Source: a bacterium (GTDB lineage: Bacteria > Zixibacteria > MSB-5A5 > GN15 > FEB-12). Taken from it: a stretch of 64,000 nt of DNA. Below the pieces are notes generated by a model that was given only the letters and a program-made list of their open reading frames with translations, was not told the DNA's origin and searched no databases. The position numbers and the translations under genes are program-made. Each line of letters begins with the position of its first letter. Positions within the stretch are counted from its first letter, which is position 1. The DNA is taken from NCBI GenBank assembly GCA_043811375.1, contig JBDRNJ010000009.1, positions 32,001-96,000 on the forward strand, read 5' to 3'. This document shows positions 38,862 through 48,359 of the stretch, one piece after another.

Positions 38862-40981
38862 TGGGACAACTCACAGAGAGATTCCGCCTCGATGAAATCC
38901 TGGTCCGGGATGGCCTGGTCAAAGAGGAACACGTCAGGGACGCATTAATGCGTCAGAAGGCGCACGGCGGCAAATTCGGTTCGCAGCTCCTGTACAACCG
39001 TTATATTGACGAAGCCGGTCTGGTGACGGCTCTGGCCACACAAATGGGCTGCGAAGGCGTGGTGCTGGCCAAACTCGATATCCCCGAACCAATCTTCAAA
39101 TTGATCCCCTCGAAAGTGGCTATCGCCCGTAAAGTGATTCCCTTCGACTATGATCCGGAGGATAATATCCTCAAGATTGCCTGTGAAAATCCTACCGACA
39201 AAAAGCTGATCGACGAACTCAATTTCGTGGCCCGCGGCAAAACCGTCAAACTGTATGTTGCCGCCGAACTAGCCCTGAATACTTCGATCGCCAGACATTA
39301 CCTGGGTCGCAACACCTCCCTGGACGACAACCTCCTCCTGGATATACCCGACGAGACCACTGAAGTCAGTCAATCGCCGGCAACTGTTGATTCCGCCCCG
39401 ACTGAGGATCATCGCAGTGCCGTCATGCTGGTAACCGACGAAGAATACTGCGGACCCCTGTTGCAGTCGATCCTGGAGCGTGACAATTACCGGGTTATGC
39501 TGACTGACTCGGCTGATGACGCCATCGAGGTTCTGAATGAACAACAATTTAATTCCGTTTTCATCAAGGACACTGTTCCCGGCGATTATATCGACCTGAT
39601 CGATCGTTTGCGTAAAACGTCACCATCGACGTCCGTGCGTTACTACGAGTCGGCTTCGGAGCTTCTGCTGAACATTGCAGGTAGTGATACTGAGGGTGAC
39701 CTGTTGTTGAAAAGTCTGAGCCTGTTCACATCTCTACTGTCGTCCCGAGCCGGGTTGCCGGTCAATCACGGCGGCCGCGTGGGCCAGTACGTCGACAGAT
39801 TGTGTCGCCGGATCGGACTTCCGAACAAGGAACGTTTCATGGTTTGCAGCGCCGCTTACCTGCATAATCTGGCCGGTTTCTACTATCAAACGGAAGCGTC
39901 GAACGATCCTCGGGCGGTCATTAAGCTCACTGTAAAGGTCCTGCAGTCGCTGGATTACTCACCGGTTGTAGTTGAGATGTTGCGATGCATGTACAAAGAC
40001 CTGGGCGGAAAGTATAATCGACGCCTGCCCATTGAAGTCCTCGGTGGAAACATTCTGACCATTGTTGATCTCTTCTGCGACAATGTCTCGACCTCAGACC
40101 GGCTGTCTCTGGACAAGTTCGATGCCATCAAGAAGAAACTCTATGACCTGAGAGGTAAGCTCTTTTTACACGAGGTTGTGGAAGCATTCATATCCATGAT
40201 GCAGGAACAGATGCTGCATCAACCGGAACCGGGAATGGCGCGACAGGTGATGATCTATGTTAGCCGGCCTGAAGCGTTGTGTGCTTTGGATCTGCGTCTC
40301 AGAAACGAAGGTTTTCGCACGGTTTGCGAGCATTCGCTGGATTCCTTTATCGCCCTGTTTCAGCGCAGCCAGCCGGATATGGTCATTCTTATCCTGCCGG
40401 GCGATGCCGCCGACGTAACGGCTGTCGTAAATGACATCCAACAGCGCGGAGTGGATTTGCGACACATCCCCTCGTTCCTGCTTGTCAGCAGTTCGATAAA
40501 CTCAGTGTTGACACCGCTGATTGAAGCCGGTATCGAAGACGTGATCCCTGCGGAGGGACAACTTGATCTGTTGATCAGCAAGCTCAAGAGGATCGCCGTC
40601 AGGGACCAGTCACCCGCCGCGGAAAACGCCTATATCACCGGCTCCAGGGGACGGTTGTCGGACATGAACCTTATAGACCTCCTGCAAGCCCTCGGACCCA
40701 GCTGTAAAACAGTAAAACTCACTATCTCCCCGGCTGACTCTCCGACCGACAAGCTCACTATCTACCTCCGGCAGGGTCAGGTATCATCTGCTCTATACCG
40801 GGATAAAACCGGCCCGGATGCAATATATGACGGCATAGCCTGGACCGAGGGAACCTGGACAGTGAAACCGGTAACAGAGAATAACCTGCCCGAGCCGAAC
40901 AACGATCTCCCCAACGAGTCAATTCTGATGGAGGGCTGCCGTGTTCTGGACGAGAGCACCCGGAGGGGTCAACTCACCTGA
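38861..40981 (+). CDS. MshEN/T2SSE_N + REC + degenerate HD-GYP + REC + DUF4388 multidomain protein
   Basis: RLDEILVRDGLV...ALMRQ...KFGSQLL tandem MshEN-like motif; HGGRV...AYLHNLA HD-fold; GRLSDMNLIDLLQAL...ILMEGCRVLDE DUF4388-like tail. Confidence 0.75.
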   Translation: MGQLTERFRLDEILVRDGLVKEEHVRDALMRQKAHGGKFGSQLLYNRYIDEAGLVTALATQMGCEGVVLAKLDIPEPIFKLIPSKVAIARKVIPFDYDPEDNILKIACENPTDKKLIDELNFVARGKTVKLYVAAELALNTSIARHYLGRNTSLDDNLLLDIPDETTEVSQSPATVDSAPTEDHRSAVMLVTDEEYCGPLLQSILERDNYRVMLTDSADDAIEVLNEQQFNSVFIKDTVPGDYIDLIDRLRKTSPSTSVRYYESASELLLNIAGSDTEGDLLLKSLSLFTSLLSSRAGLPVNHGGRVGQYVDRLCRRIGLPNKERFMVCSAAYLHNLAGFYYQTEASNDPRAVIKLTVKVLQSLDYSPVVVEMLRCMYKDLGGKYNRRLPIEVLGGNILTIVDLFCDNVSTSDRLSLDKFDAIKKKLYDLRGKLFLHEVVEAFISMMQEQMLHQPEPGMARQVMIYVSRPEALCALDLRLRNEGFRTVCEHSLDSFIALFQRSQPDMVILILPGDAADVTAVVNDIQQRGVDLRHIPSFLLVSSSINSVLTPLIEAGIEDVIPAEGQLDLLISKLKRIAVRDQSPAAENAYITGSRGRLSDMNLIDLLQALGPSCKTVKLTISPADSPTDKLTIYLRQGQVSSALYRDKTGPDAIYDGIAWTEGTWTVKPVTENNLPEPNNDLPNESILMEGCRVLDESTRRGQLT

Positions 40982-41007
40982 GCGGCGTCTCCCGACAGTC
41001 TGAATAA

Positions 41008-42045
41008 TCAGTTTCCAGCGACACGATTCATAGAGATAATCTTGGCCCGTTGGCGTCGACGCGTATCTTTCGGAATCTTGTCGCTATATTGTCGCCAGTC
41101 CGCAAGGACTCTGTCGGTTTCCGCCCAGTCGGAAAACCTCCGACAACAACGATAGCGGAAGTAATCGCACTCCACGAGGTTGAAGTAGTTGCCCGGTTCT
41201 ATGGCAATCAGTTCCCGAAGTTGTTGAAACGTCTGCAGGGCCAGGCGATACTCCTTTTTCCGGTAGTGAGCACGCGCCATCGGCCAGAGAAAGGCCTTGC
41301 CGTGAGGATGTTTTTGATGCATCAGGCGACAGTGATAAATAACCGAATCATACTGCCTGCCGTCGAGCCATATCCAGATCAAGGCATTACGGGCAGGCTC
41401 TTTCGAGATCAACGACGAATCGGCCGCCAGGCGCAATTGCCTGATACCCTTGTCTTTATCATTATGAACGATCTGCAGAAAACTCAGGAATCCCGCCTTG
41501 GCCGATTTCCAGTAATGATAAAGACCAAGACCGAAGTAGAGATCATAAAGCGAACTGTCACAGTCCAGACCTCGCTCATACTCAGCTTTGGCCCGATGAC
41601 CGGTCCTGATGGCAGCCAGCAATGAACCAAAATGCGACTGCCACAACGACCGATACGCGTAACAATGACCGATCAGTAAACTCATCCAGGCACACTCGCG
41701 GCCGGACGAGACGTCTCGGACAGAGACGGCTTTGGCCAAAGCGGTGTCGATCAATCGATGAAACTGCTGCTGGTGTACATTCTCTTCGCGATCAAACATC
41801 TCTGTAACCAACACCACCGCTCGAAACAGATAGCCGGACGGATCCTCCGGATGCTGTTCGATCATATTTTGGGTTAGCGAATCGGCGATCGCGAGATCGT
41901 CATTGCACAACGCATATTGAAGGTGGCGGATGTTATCAGTTCGGGAACTGTCGAGACAGCCGTCCGCCCGGGCTGGCCTGCCACAGACAGCGGTTACCGC
42001 AACGACAGCGATCATCGTGAGGACTGATTTCTCAAAACTGAACAA
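41008..42045 (-). CDS. Exported TPR-like hypothetical protein
   Basis: Signal-like N-terminus; helical repeats (DLYFGLGLYHYW); start uncertain. Confidence 0.7.
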   Translation of the reverse strand: MFSFEKSVLTMIAVVAVTAVCGRPARADGCLDSSRTDNIRHLQYALCNDDLAIADSLTQNMIEQHPEDPSGYLFRAVVLVTEMFDREENVHQQQFHRLIDTALAKAVSVRDVSSGRECAWMSLLIGHCYAYRSLWQSHFGSLLAAIRTGHRAKAEYERGLDCDSSLYDLYFGLGLYHYWKSAKAGFLSFLQIVHNDKDKGIRQLRLAADSSLISKEPARNALIWIWLDGRQYDSVIYHCRLMHQKHPHGKAFLWPMARAHYRKKEYRLALQTFQQLRELIAIEPGNYFNLVECDYFRYRCCRRFSDWAETDRVLADWRQYSDKIPKDTRRRQRAKIISMNRVAGN

Positions 42046-42298
42046 TACCTTCCGCCTTCAACTCAACCGTGGCTGTCGAGATGTGTGGACTGCGCACACC
42101 CGCGACTGAGCCGCCGGGTAATTCGAAAGATAGCTCCTCCCTGGTGGGCAACAAGATATAACTGCCAACTGATGGAAGCGGGTCAGAACCGATGACCGCG
42201 AAGGGTATCAGGTACATTCAGGTGGGTTTGCTGTGGACACCGTATTAGAACGACGCCGTCCGGCAGCGGATCATGAAAGTATACTTAGATGGTCCCGC

Positions 42299-42571
42299 TC
42301 AGGGACACTCGTGGCCCTCACCGACAGCCTGCTGACCATCGACTCCATCCAGTTTTGAGCGAATCTGTGCCTTAAGACTGTCCAGGCTGTCGGTCGGATG
42401 GCAGCTAGCCAATCCACGATCGATGAAATCCTGGATAGCGTTTTCTATCCGATACAGTTCAAAACAATGACGGCAGTGCTCCAAATGCTGCTTGATTTCC
42501 TTCTCGTCGATTTCAGAAACTTCTCTGTCAATCATCTCATACAGATGAATCATTACTTCCTGACAGTTCAT
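42299..42571 (-). CDS. Soluble zinc-binding anti-sigma factor (zf-HC2/RsrA-like)
   Basis: MNC...HLEHCRHC (HxxxCxxC); no TM helix; ATGA overlap with the sigma gene. Confidence 0.88.
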   Translation of the reverse strand: MNCQEVMIHLYEMIDREVSEIDEKEIKQHLEHCRHCFELYRIENAIQDFIDRGLASCHPTDSLDSLKAQIRSKLDGVDGQQAVGEGHECP

Positions 42572-43155
42572 TTTGTGTTATCCTTGATATATCCGTTAGA
42601 AACAGCGTAATCGAACAAAGCCTTCTGAAGAAGTTTCCGTCCCCGATGCAACCGCGACTTGACCGTGCCTAACTGCAGGTCCGTAATATCGGCTATCTCC
42701 TGGTAGGAAAACTCCTCAATAAAAGACAGAACAACGACCACACGAAAGTCCTCCGGCAGGTCTTCAATAGCCCGCTTGACATCGTCGTCGAGTATCCGGG
42801 AGAATAGTTGTTGCTCGGGGTTGGGCACACTCTTTCCGGTGGCAAGCTGGCCGTACAGAAAATTGTCGTCCAACTCATCAACGTTTACCACCATGGGTGA
42901 GCGCGACTTGGATCGGTACTCATTGATGAAGATATTAGTCATGATTTTGAACAACCAGGCTCGACAATTCGAACCCGGCTCAAACTTATCCCAGAATCGA
43001 TAGGCTTTTACAAGTGCCTCCTGTACCAAATCTTCAGCATCGCTCTTATTTCGTGTCATCCGCAGGGCACTGCGATAGAGCGCCTCCATATGGGGCAGAG
43101 CTTCAACCTCAAAGCTCTGGCGCCGTCGAGCGGAATCAGCTTTCTGGTCGGCCAT
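42568..43155 (-). CDS. ECF RNA polymerase sigma factor (SigR/SigH-like)
   Basis: DAEDLVQE, AWLFKI, SYQEIA and GTVKSRLHRGR motifs. Confidence 0.93.
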   Translation of the reverse strand: MADQKADSARRRQSFEVEALPHMEALYRSALRMTRNKSDAEDLVQEALVKAYRFWDKFEPGSNCRAWLFKIMTNIFINEYRSKSRSPMVVNVDELDDNFLYGQLATGKSVPNPEQQLFSRILDDDVKRAIEDLPEDFRVVVVLSFIEEFSYQEIADITDLQLGTVKSRLHRGRKLLQKALFDYAVSNGYIKDNTK

Positions 43156-43211
43156 GGCGTTAGTTCCCTGCCCGGCACAACCGGCAAAGCGATCTTGTAT
43201 TTACTTTCCAG

Positions 43212-43237
43212 AACATCTCGAACACTAGTCGGGTTCC
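43212..43237 (-). promoter_or_regulatory. Putative autoregulatory ECF promoter
   Basis: GGAAC-N18-GTT upstream of the sigma gene, matching the SigR/SigH-type consensus. Confidence 0.6.
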
Positions 43238-43450
43238 CGTCCTCCGGACAATCATAAACAATACAATCCTCTGTAATAACCGGCTTACGTCATACAGACG
43301 AACCGGTCTTTTTGAACTAAGAACTACAAGATAGCAACCGGGCAAGAACCCGGCAAGGTCTTTTCAACATCCTCCCTTATACCGGGCCATTGCAATCCCG
43401 ATCCGACCCACCGGCTCAACCTGTTGCCGATCAACCGGATGGCACATAAT

Positions 43451-43480
43451 AAAAGAGCGGAGAGAATCTCTCCGCTCTTT
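43451..43480 (-). terminator. Rho-independent terminator
   Basis: AAAGAGCGGAGAG / CTCTCCGCTCTTT stem with A/T tails, 20 nt after the 43501 stop. Confidence 0.8.
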
Positions 43481-43500
43481 GTAGAAATCGTGTTCAGAAA

Positions 43501-44028
43501 CTACACCGGCACGGTCGCTCTTTTACGACGCAACACAAACACTGCCGAGCCCAGCAGCAGCAGGGCCAGCAAGATCATACCGTAAGTAGTGAGGGAGGGA
43601 AGAGTAGTACAAATCACTTTCACAGTCAGAATTGCTTCAGTTCCGGCACCACCAGCGTCTCCGACATCAAATATCCACTCACCCATATCAACGTTGCACG
43701 TGAAGGTAATCAAGCTATCGTCACCAGCAGGAATAATCAAGTTCGGTTTGAGGCCGTCCGGTGAAGAAGTGTTCACTACAGTGACATTTCCTGCAGAGTA
43801 GTTGGTGATAACAACATTCTCACTCAATCCAGGAGATTTGCGTATGATCACAGTACCAGCTACCTTCCAAGTTGGGTCACCTGGTGTCTGAATTTTGTAC
43901 AGGCTGCCATCAAGCTGTACTTTTACACGTTTATCCTTATCGGGGCCTGACGCGTCCTGCGCGTACACCATCACTGCTGTAAGCATGAATGTCAGCAATA
44001 TAAAAGATACTACTAATTTCCGAATCAT
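43501..44028 (-). CDS. Secreted protein with IPTL-CTERM-like sorting signal
   Basis: Signal peptide ending VYA; C-terminal LPSLTTYGMILLALLLLGSAVFVLRRKR; GGAGG RBS. Confidence 0.8.
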   Translation of the reverse strand: MIRKLVVSFILLTFMLTAVMVYAQDASGPDKDKRVKVQLDGSLYKIQTPGDPTWKVAGTVIIRKSPGLSENVVITNYSAGNVTVVNTSSPDGLKPNLIIPAGDDSLITFTCNVDMGEWIFDVGDAGGAGTEAILTVKVICTTLPSLTTYGMILLALLLLGSAVFVLRRKRATVPV

Positions 44029-44079
44029 GGTCTCCTCCATGTTAGCATTATTTTGTTATTGTGAATAATCGGGCCTTTT

Positions 44080-44883
44080 TCAGGCCAGGGAGTATACACG
44101 TGGCGGACCGCGAATCTCCGACACCAGGTAGAACTTATCGGCGAAAAGCCTGGTAGTAAAGTGAAGACCCCAGGTTCTTTCACCGACGGAATCGCTGAAT
44201 TTCCGATTCTTCGCTCTACTCCATGCCTTTTCGACGGCTGCTATGATAAGCGTATTACACAGAACAATGATGAACGAGATAATCAGAAAACCGAACAGCA
44301 CCACCAGACCGTGAACAAAATGTCCGCTGAATTCGGCTTCACCAAGCACACTGTGGGCAATGCCCAGTTTGATGATTGCGGCCTCAAAAGCAACCCATAA
44401 GAGAGCCACAAAAATCGGACTAAAGCCCCATCGCCGACGTGTCCAGGTAATGGCGCCACCAAAAGCGGTAAACAGGACCGTACCGCCAATCACTCTTCCG
44501 ATAGCCGGAAGTGGCGACAGCACCAACGTATTAAGTTCTAATATCGACAGATAGAAAAAGCCCAGGAGAAATCCCAGGCGCATTGCCTCTGTCACATTTG
44601 CCCGACGGACTCTCACCAGGAAGGGAATCAGTGCAAACAGGGATAGATACCACTGACCTGGAAAGAGTTGTGAGATCAGTAACAGGAATGCGGATATGCC
44701 GGCAAAGAGCAGGCTTTCAGCCCATAGCAGATTTGCCGATGAACCCTCGCCCTGACTTATCAATGGTCGGTCAGTTGACGACTGTCCAGCCGTCCGTGAA
44801 CAATCGCTGCGTGTGGTACGTTTATTGATATCAACTGCGAGACAAACTCTGTCCGTCCTGGTGAAATCTCCCACTTGTCTCAA
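44080..44883 (-). CDS. Membrane protein resembling the N-terminal TM domain of apolipoprotein N-acyltransferase (no nitrilase domain), with C-terminal IRGPP
   Basis: WYLSLFALIPFL, LGFLLGFFY, LLWVAFE and FGFLIISFIIVLCN parallel the Lnt N-domain; ends ...SEIRGPPRVYSLA; start uncertain. Confidence 0.68.
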   Translation of the reverse strand: MRQVGDFTRTDRVCLAVDINKRTTRSDCSRTAGQSSTDRPLISQGEGSSANLLWAESLLFAGISAFLLLISQLFPGQWYLSLFALIPFLVRVRRANVTEAMRLGFLLGFFYLSILELNTLVLSPLPAIGRVIGGTVLFTAFGGAITWTRRRWGFSPIFVALLWVAFEAAIIKLGIAHSVLGEAEFSGHFVHGLVVLFGFLIISFIIVLCNTLIIAAVEKAWSRAKNRKFSDSVGERTWGLHFTTRLFADKFYLVSEIRGPPRVYSLA

Positions 44884-45023
44884 TACAGCCAGAAACGGCT
44901 GAATCCTCCATGTATGTCCACAATCGAACCCACTCTCATACCAACCCTATAACCGTCAGCAACACAGGCCTTGCATAATGGCTTCGTCTGGTAAGAGCCT
45001 GGTATTCTTTAATGTACTTATAT

Positions 45024-45052
45024 AATATAGCACCATTGATCTCTGTTGTCAA
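45024..45052 (-). promoter_or_regulatory. Putative sigma70 promoter for the Lnt-N-like/IPTL-CTERM unit
   Basis: TTGACA (45052-45047), 17 nt, TATATT (45029-45024). Confidence 0.6.
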
Positions 45053-45165
45053 ATAATATCTTGTCCTGATCACATTAAAATACTGCTGCTATTGTCAGGC
45101 ACTAACCGGCCCTGAAGCACTCCGTGCGAATGAGAAAAATGAATACCGGTCGTTTGAGATGTCAA

Positions 45166-47307
45166 CTATGAGTCGTCCGAGTCCTGGCCGTGCGCCCTGG
45201 CTGCGGAAATTACCCCCCTTACCTTGCGCACCTTGTCGATAATTCGATTCAAATGCGACAGGCTGGAGACTTCCACCGCGAATCTGCCCACGGCGGTAGT
45301 GTCGCGGGCGTACATCTCGGCCGCCCGCACGTTGGTATCGGCGTCGGCTATCGCCTGGGTCAGGTCGCGTAACATATTCTTGCGATCCTCAACCACCATT
45401 TCGAGCTGAACCACAAAAGCCTGTCCCTTGGGCGTATCCCAGCTAACTTCAATTTTCCGCTCAGGCGACTTGGTCTGCAGATCAAGCGCCACCTGACAGT
45501 CGTCTCGGTGAACGGTGACACCTCTCCCCCGGGTTATGAAGCCGATGATATCCTCGCCGGGAATCGGCTGGCAACATCCGGCATAACGGAACATCATATC
45601 ACCCATGCCGTGCACCTTGATCCCCTTGGTGCGCCGGATGCGATCCATTACTTTGCTGACCAGACCGGTGACCGGTTCTTCATCCACGGGAGCTATCAGC
45701 GTCACCAGGGAACGCACCGAGAGATCACCGTTACCGATACCGGCCAAGAGATCCTCCACCGACTTTTTGTTAAGCTGTTCGGCGTACCCCTGCAGGATGT
45801 CTTCACCGGGCAGTTTGAGGTGTTTCACACGAAGCTTGCGCTCAATAATTTCCCGACCCAAAGCCACCGCCTGCTCAAACCCGGACTGCTTGAGCCAGCG
45901 CCGAATCCTGGCTCGCGCGGCCGACGTTCTGACCAGTTTCAACCAGTCGTGTGAGGGCGTGCGGTTGGCATTGGTTATGATTTCCACAGTGTCACCGGTG
46001 CGGAGTTCGGACGACAGCGGCTGCAACCGGTTGTTGATACGGGCTCCGGCACAGTGGATACCTACCTCGGTGTGAATCTGAAAGGCAAAATCAAGGGGGG
46101 TCGAGCCTTTGGGCAGATGGATCAATTTGGCATGGGGCGTAAAAACGAAGATGTCTTCGGAATACAGATCGATCTTGAGGTATTCCAGAAAATCGGACGG
46201 ATTGGTCATATCCTTCTGCCACTCCAGGACATCGCGCAGCCAGACCATCTGACGATCCGACTTGTCCATCTGCTGCCGGCCTTCCTTGTAGAGCCAGTGA
46301 GCGGCAATGCCGTTCTCGGCGATATTATGCATTTCGTGGGTTCTGATCTGTATTTCAACCATTCGATTACGGGGACCAAGAACGGTAGTGTGCAACGATC
46401 GGTAGCCGTTAGGTTTGGGATTGGCTATGTGATCATGAAAACGATCAGCTACCGGTTTCCACATGGCGTGCAGAATGCCCATAGTGTGATAACACTCGCC
46501 CTCGGTCCCTACAATAATCCGAAAAGCAATCAGATCGTAAATCTCCTCGAAGGGAACATTGCGAACCCTTATTTTGCGGTAGACGGAATCCAAATGCTTG
46601 GCCCGACCATAGACATCGGCCTTAATACCGCTCTCGCCCAGCGTCTCCCGGATGGGCTGCACCAATTCCTTGATGTACTCCTCCCGTTCCTCCCTCTTTT
46701 CACGAATGAGTCTGGTCAGATCGGCAAACACATCCGGCTCCAGGTACTTCAGCGACAGGTCCTCCAGTTCCATCTTGATTCGATTGAGACCGAACCTGTG
46801 TGCCAGCGGGCAGTATACATCCCGGGTTTCGTTGGCAATACGGGTTCGTTTTTCGTGTGGAAGATGTTCCAGGGTTCGCATGTTATGCAGGCGGTCGGCC
46901 AGTTTTATCAGAATCACCCGGATATCCCGGGCCATGGTCAACAGCATTTTACGGAAGTATTCGGCCTGCTGTTCCTCACGCGAGGAGAATTGCACCGTTC
47001 CCAATTTGGTGACTCCGTCCACCAGATCGGTAATCTCATCCCCGAACTGCTCACGCACACCTTCCAGTATCATCGGTGTATCCTCGACCACATCGTGTAT
47101 CAGCCCGGCCGCGATGGTAGTGGAATCCATGTGCTGTTCGGCCAGGACAAAAGCTACCTCGAGACAGTGTTCGATAAAAGGTTCCCCTGACTGGCGTTTC
47201 TGGCCGGCATGGGCGCGGTCGGAAAACTCGTAGGCACGGCGGATCAAAGGAATATCGACGTTGGCGTTGTACGATTCGATGCGTATGATAAACTCAGCCA
47301 GGTTCAT
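45166..47307 (-). CDS. Bifunctional (p)ppGpp synthetase/hydrolase (RelA/SpoT homolog)
   Basis: HAGQKRQSGEPF, IHDVVEDT, KLADRLHNMRTL, YRSLHT, TGS and ACT domains; ATG 47307 overlaps the upstream stop. Confidence 0.96.
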   Translation of the reverse strand: MNLAEFIIRIESYNANVDIPLIRRAYEFSDRAHAGQKRQSGEPFIEHCLEVAFVLAEQHMDSTTIAAGLIHDVVEDTPMILEGVREQFGDEITDLVDGVTKLGTVQFSSREEQQAEYFRKMLLTMARDIRVILIKLADRLHNMRTLEHLPHEKRTRIANETRDVYCPLAHRFGLNRIKMELEDLSLKYLEPDVFADLTRLIREKREEREEYIKELVQPIRETLGESGIKADVYGRAKHLDSVYRKIRVRNVPFEEIYDLIAFRIIVGTEGECYHTMGILHAMWKPVADRFHDHIANPKPNGYRSLHTTVLGPRNRMVEIQIRTHEMHNIAENGIAAHWLYKEGRQQMDKSDRQMVWLRDVLEWQKDMTNPSDFLEYLKIDLYSEDIFVFTPHAKLIHLPKGSTPLDFAFQIHTEVGIHCAGARINNRLQPLSSELRTGDTVEIITNANRTPSHDWLKLVRTSAARARIRRWLKQSGFEQAVALGREIIERKLRVKHLKLPGEDILQGYAEQLNKKSVEDLLAGIGNGDLSVRSLVTLIAPVDEEPVTGLVSKVMDRIRRTKGIKVHGMGDMMFRYAGCCQPIPGEDIIGFITRGRGVTVHRDDCQVALDLQTKSPERKIEVSWDTPKGQAFVVQLEMVVEDRKNMLRDLTQAIADADTNVRAAEMYARDTTAVGRFAVEVSSLSHLNRIIDKVRKVRGVISAARAHGQDSDDS

Positions 47308-48359
47308 GGCCGCTCCCGGTCGCTGCTGACTCTGCGATATAGAGAAATAACCTGTTGGGCGACCTGCTGGACGGAGATCGTCTCCATGCAGCGACACTGT
47401 TTAGGCGGGCAATGACACTCCACTGCTGAGGGCTGAAGAACCCGATGATCAGCCCCGAGCGGACCCCATCGTCGCGGCGACATCACCGCCTTGCCGGGGT
47501 ACAGACCCAGGACCGGAGTATCCACAGCAGCCGCGACATGCAGGGGGCCGGTGGAATTAGCCACCACAACGGTGGCCAACGACAGCACAGCCGCCAGTGT
47601 GCGCAGGTCGGTTTCGCCCATGATGTTCTTCATCCGAATATCAAGCCGACTGCTGATCTCTTCAATTGTGGCCTTCTCCGACTCTGACCCGGAAACCACC
47701 ACGCTCAGCCCGGCTTCGGTCAATGCCTGATACAGGTGGATAAATCGTTGGATCGGCCAACGCTCGGCGGAGCCGCCGGAGCCGGGGTGGAGTACTACAA
47801 AACTGCTTTCAATCCCGGCCTTTTTCAGAATCCGGTGAGCAAAATCAATTTCTTTCTGTTGCAGACGAACATGCGGTTTTCTGATAGTGGGACCAGCACG
47901 GAAGAACTTCAGGAATTCGAGGTTGTATTCATACTCGTGCTTCAAATTGGATTTGCGGCTGTGGAAAAGATGGTGATTGAAAAATACCGAGTGAAAGCGA
48001 CCGGCCGTGCCGATACGAAAGTCTATCCCGGCCCGATGGAACAACTGACAGATACGGCGTTCGGGGTACAGCGCCACTACCGCCCGGTAGCCGCGCTGAG
48101 AAAGTCGGCGCAGAAGATCCTTCTTGTAGGGTTTGTCGATAGCCAACTGGTCGTTCTGCACGCGGAAGATATGATCAATGCCGTCGTTGTATTCCAGGAT
48201 AGGTGAGGCGTATAATGACGCCATAACTTCAATCCGGCATTCCGGGTAGCGGGCTTTCATCGTTTCCACAAAGGGCAGGGCCAGAATCAAATCGCCCAAC
48301 CGGTCACTGCGACTGATGAGAATGCGATCGTCCGGATTGAGATCGATGATCTTGCTCAC
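47304..48359 (-). CDS. Glycosyltransferase family 9 (LPS heptosyltransferase-like)
   Basis: RSDRLGDLIL, LHPGSGG and NSTGPLHVAAA motifs. Confidence 0.9.
   Translation of the reverse strand: MSKIIDLNPDDRILISRSDRLGDLILALPFVETMKARYPECRIEVMASLYASPILEYNDGIDHIFRVQNDQLAIDKPYKKDLLRRLSQRGYRAVVALYPERRICQLFHRAGIDFRIGTAGRFHSVFFNHHLFHSRKSNLKHEYEYNLEFLKFFRAGPTIRKPHVRLQQKEIDFAHRILKKAGIESSFVVLHPGSGGSAERWPIQRFIHLYQALTEAGLSVVVSGSESEKATIEEISSRLDIRMKNIMGETDLRTLAAVLSLATVVVANSTGPLHVAAAVDTPVLGLYPGKAVMSPRRWGPLGADHRVLQPSAVECHCPPKQCRCMETISVQQVAQQVISLYRRVSSDRERP

Noticed and set aside
42032..42217. 61-aa ORF between the anti-sigma and TPR-like genes
   Set aside because: No RBS or recognisable motif, so it cannot be distinguished from a chance ORF.
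42299..42301. Anti-sigma ending Cys-Pro-TGA, as a possible C-terminal selenocysteine
   Set aside because: The protein is already full length for its family, the readthrough extension is short and featureless, and I saw no SECIS.
44922..44933. 12-nt match (AATCGAACCCAC) to the tRNA-Sec T-arm at 37483-37494, as a possible att site
   Set aside because: Too short to exceed chance in 64 kb, on the 5' side of the tRNA, and the enclosed genes include no integrase.
46054..47190. 378-aa plus-strand ORF, and similar long antisense ORFs elsewhere
   Set aside because: These are shadow frames opposite well-supported genes such as rel/spoT, typical of GC-rich coding DNA.
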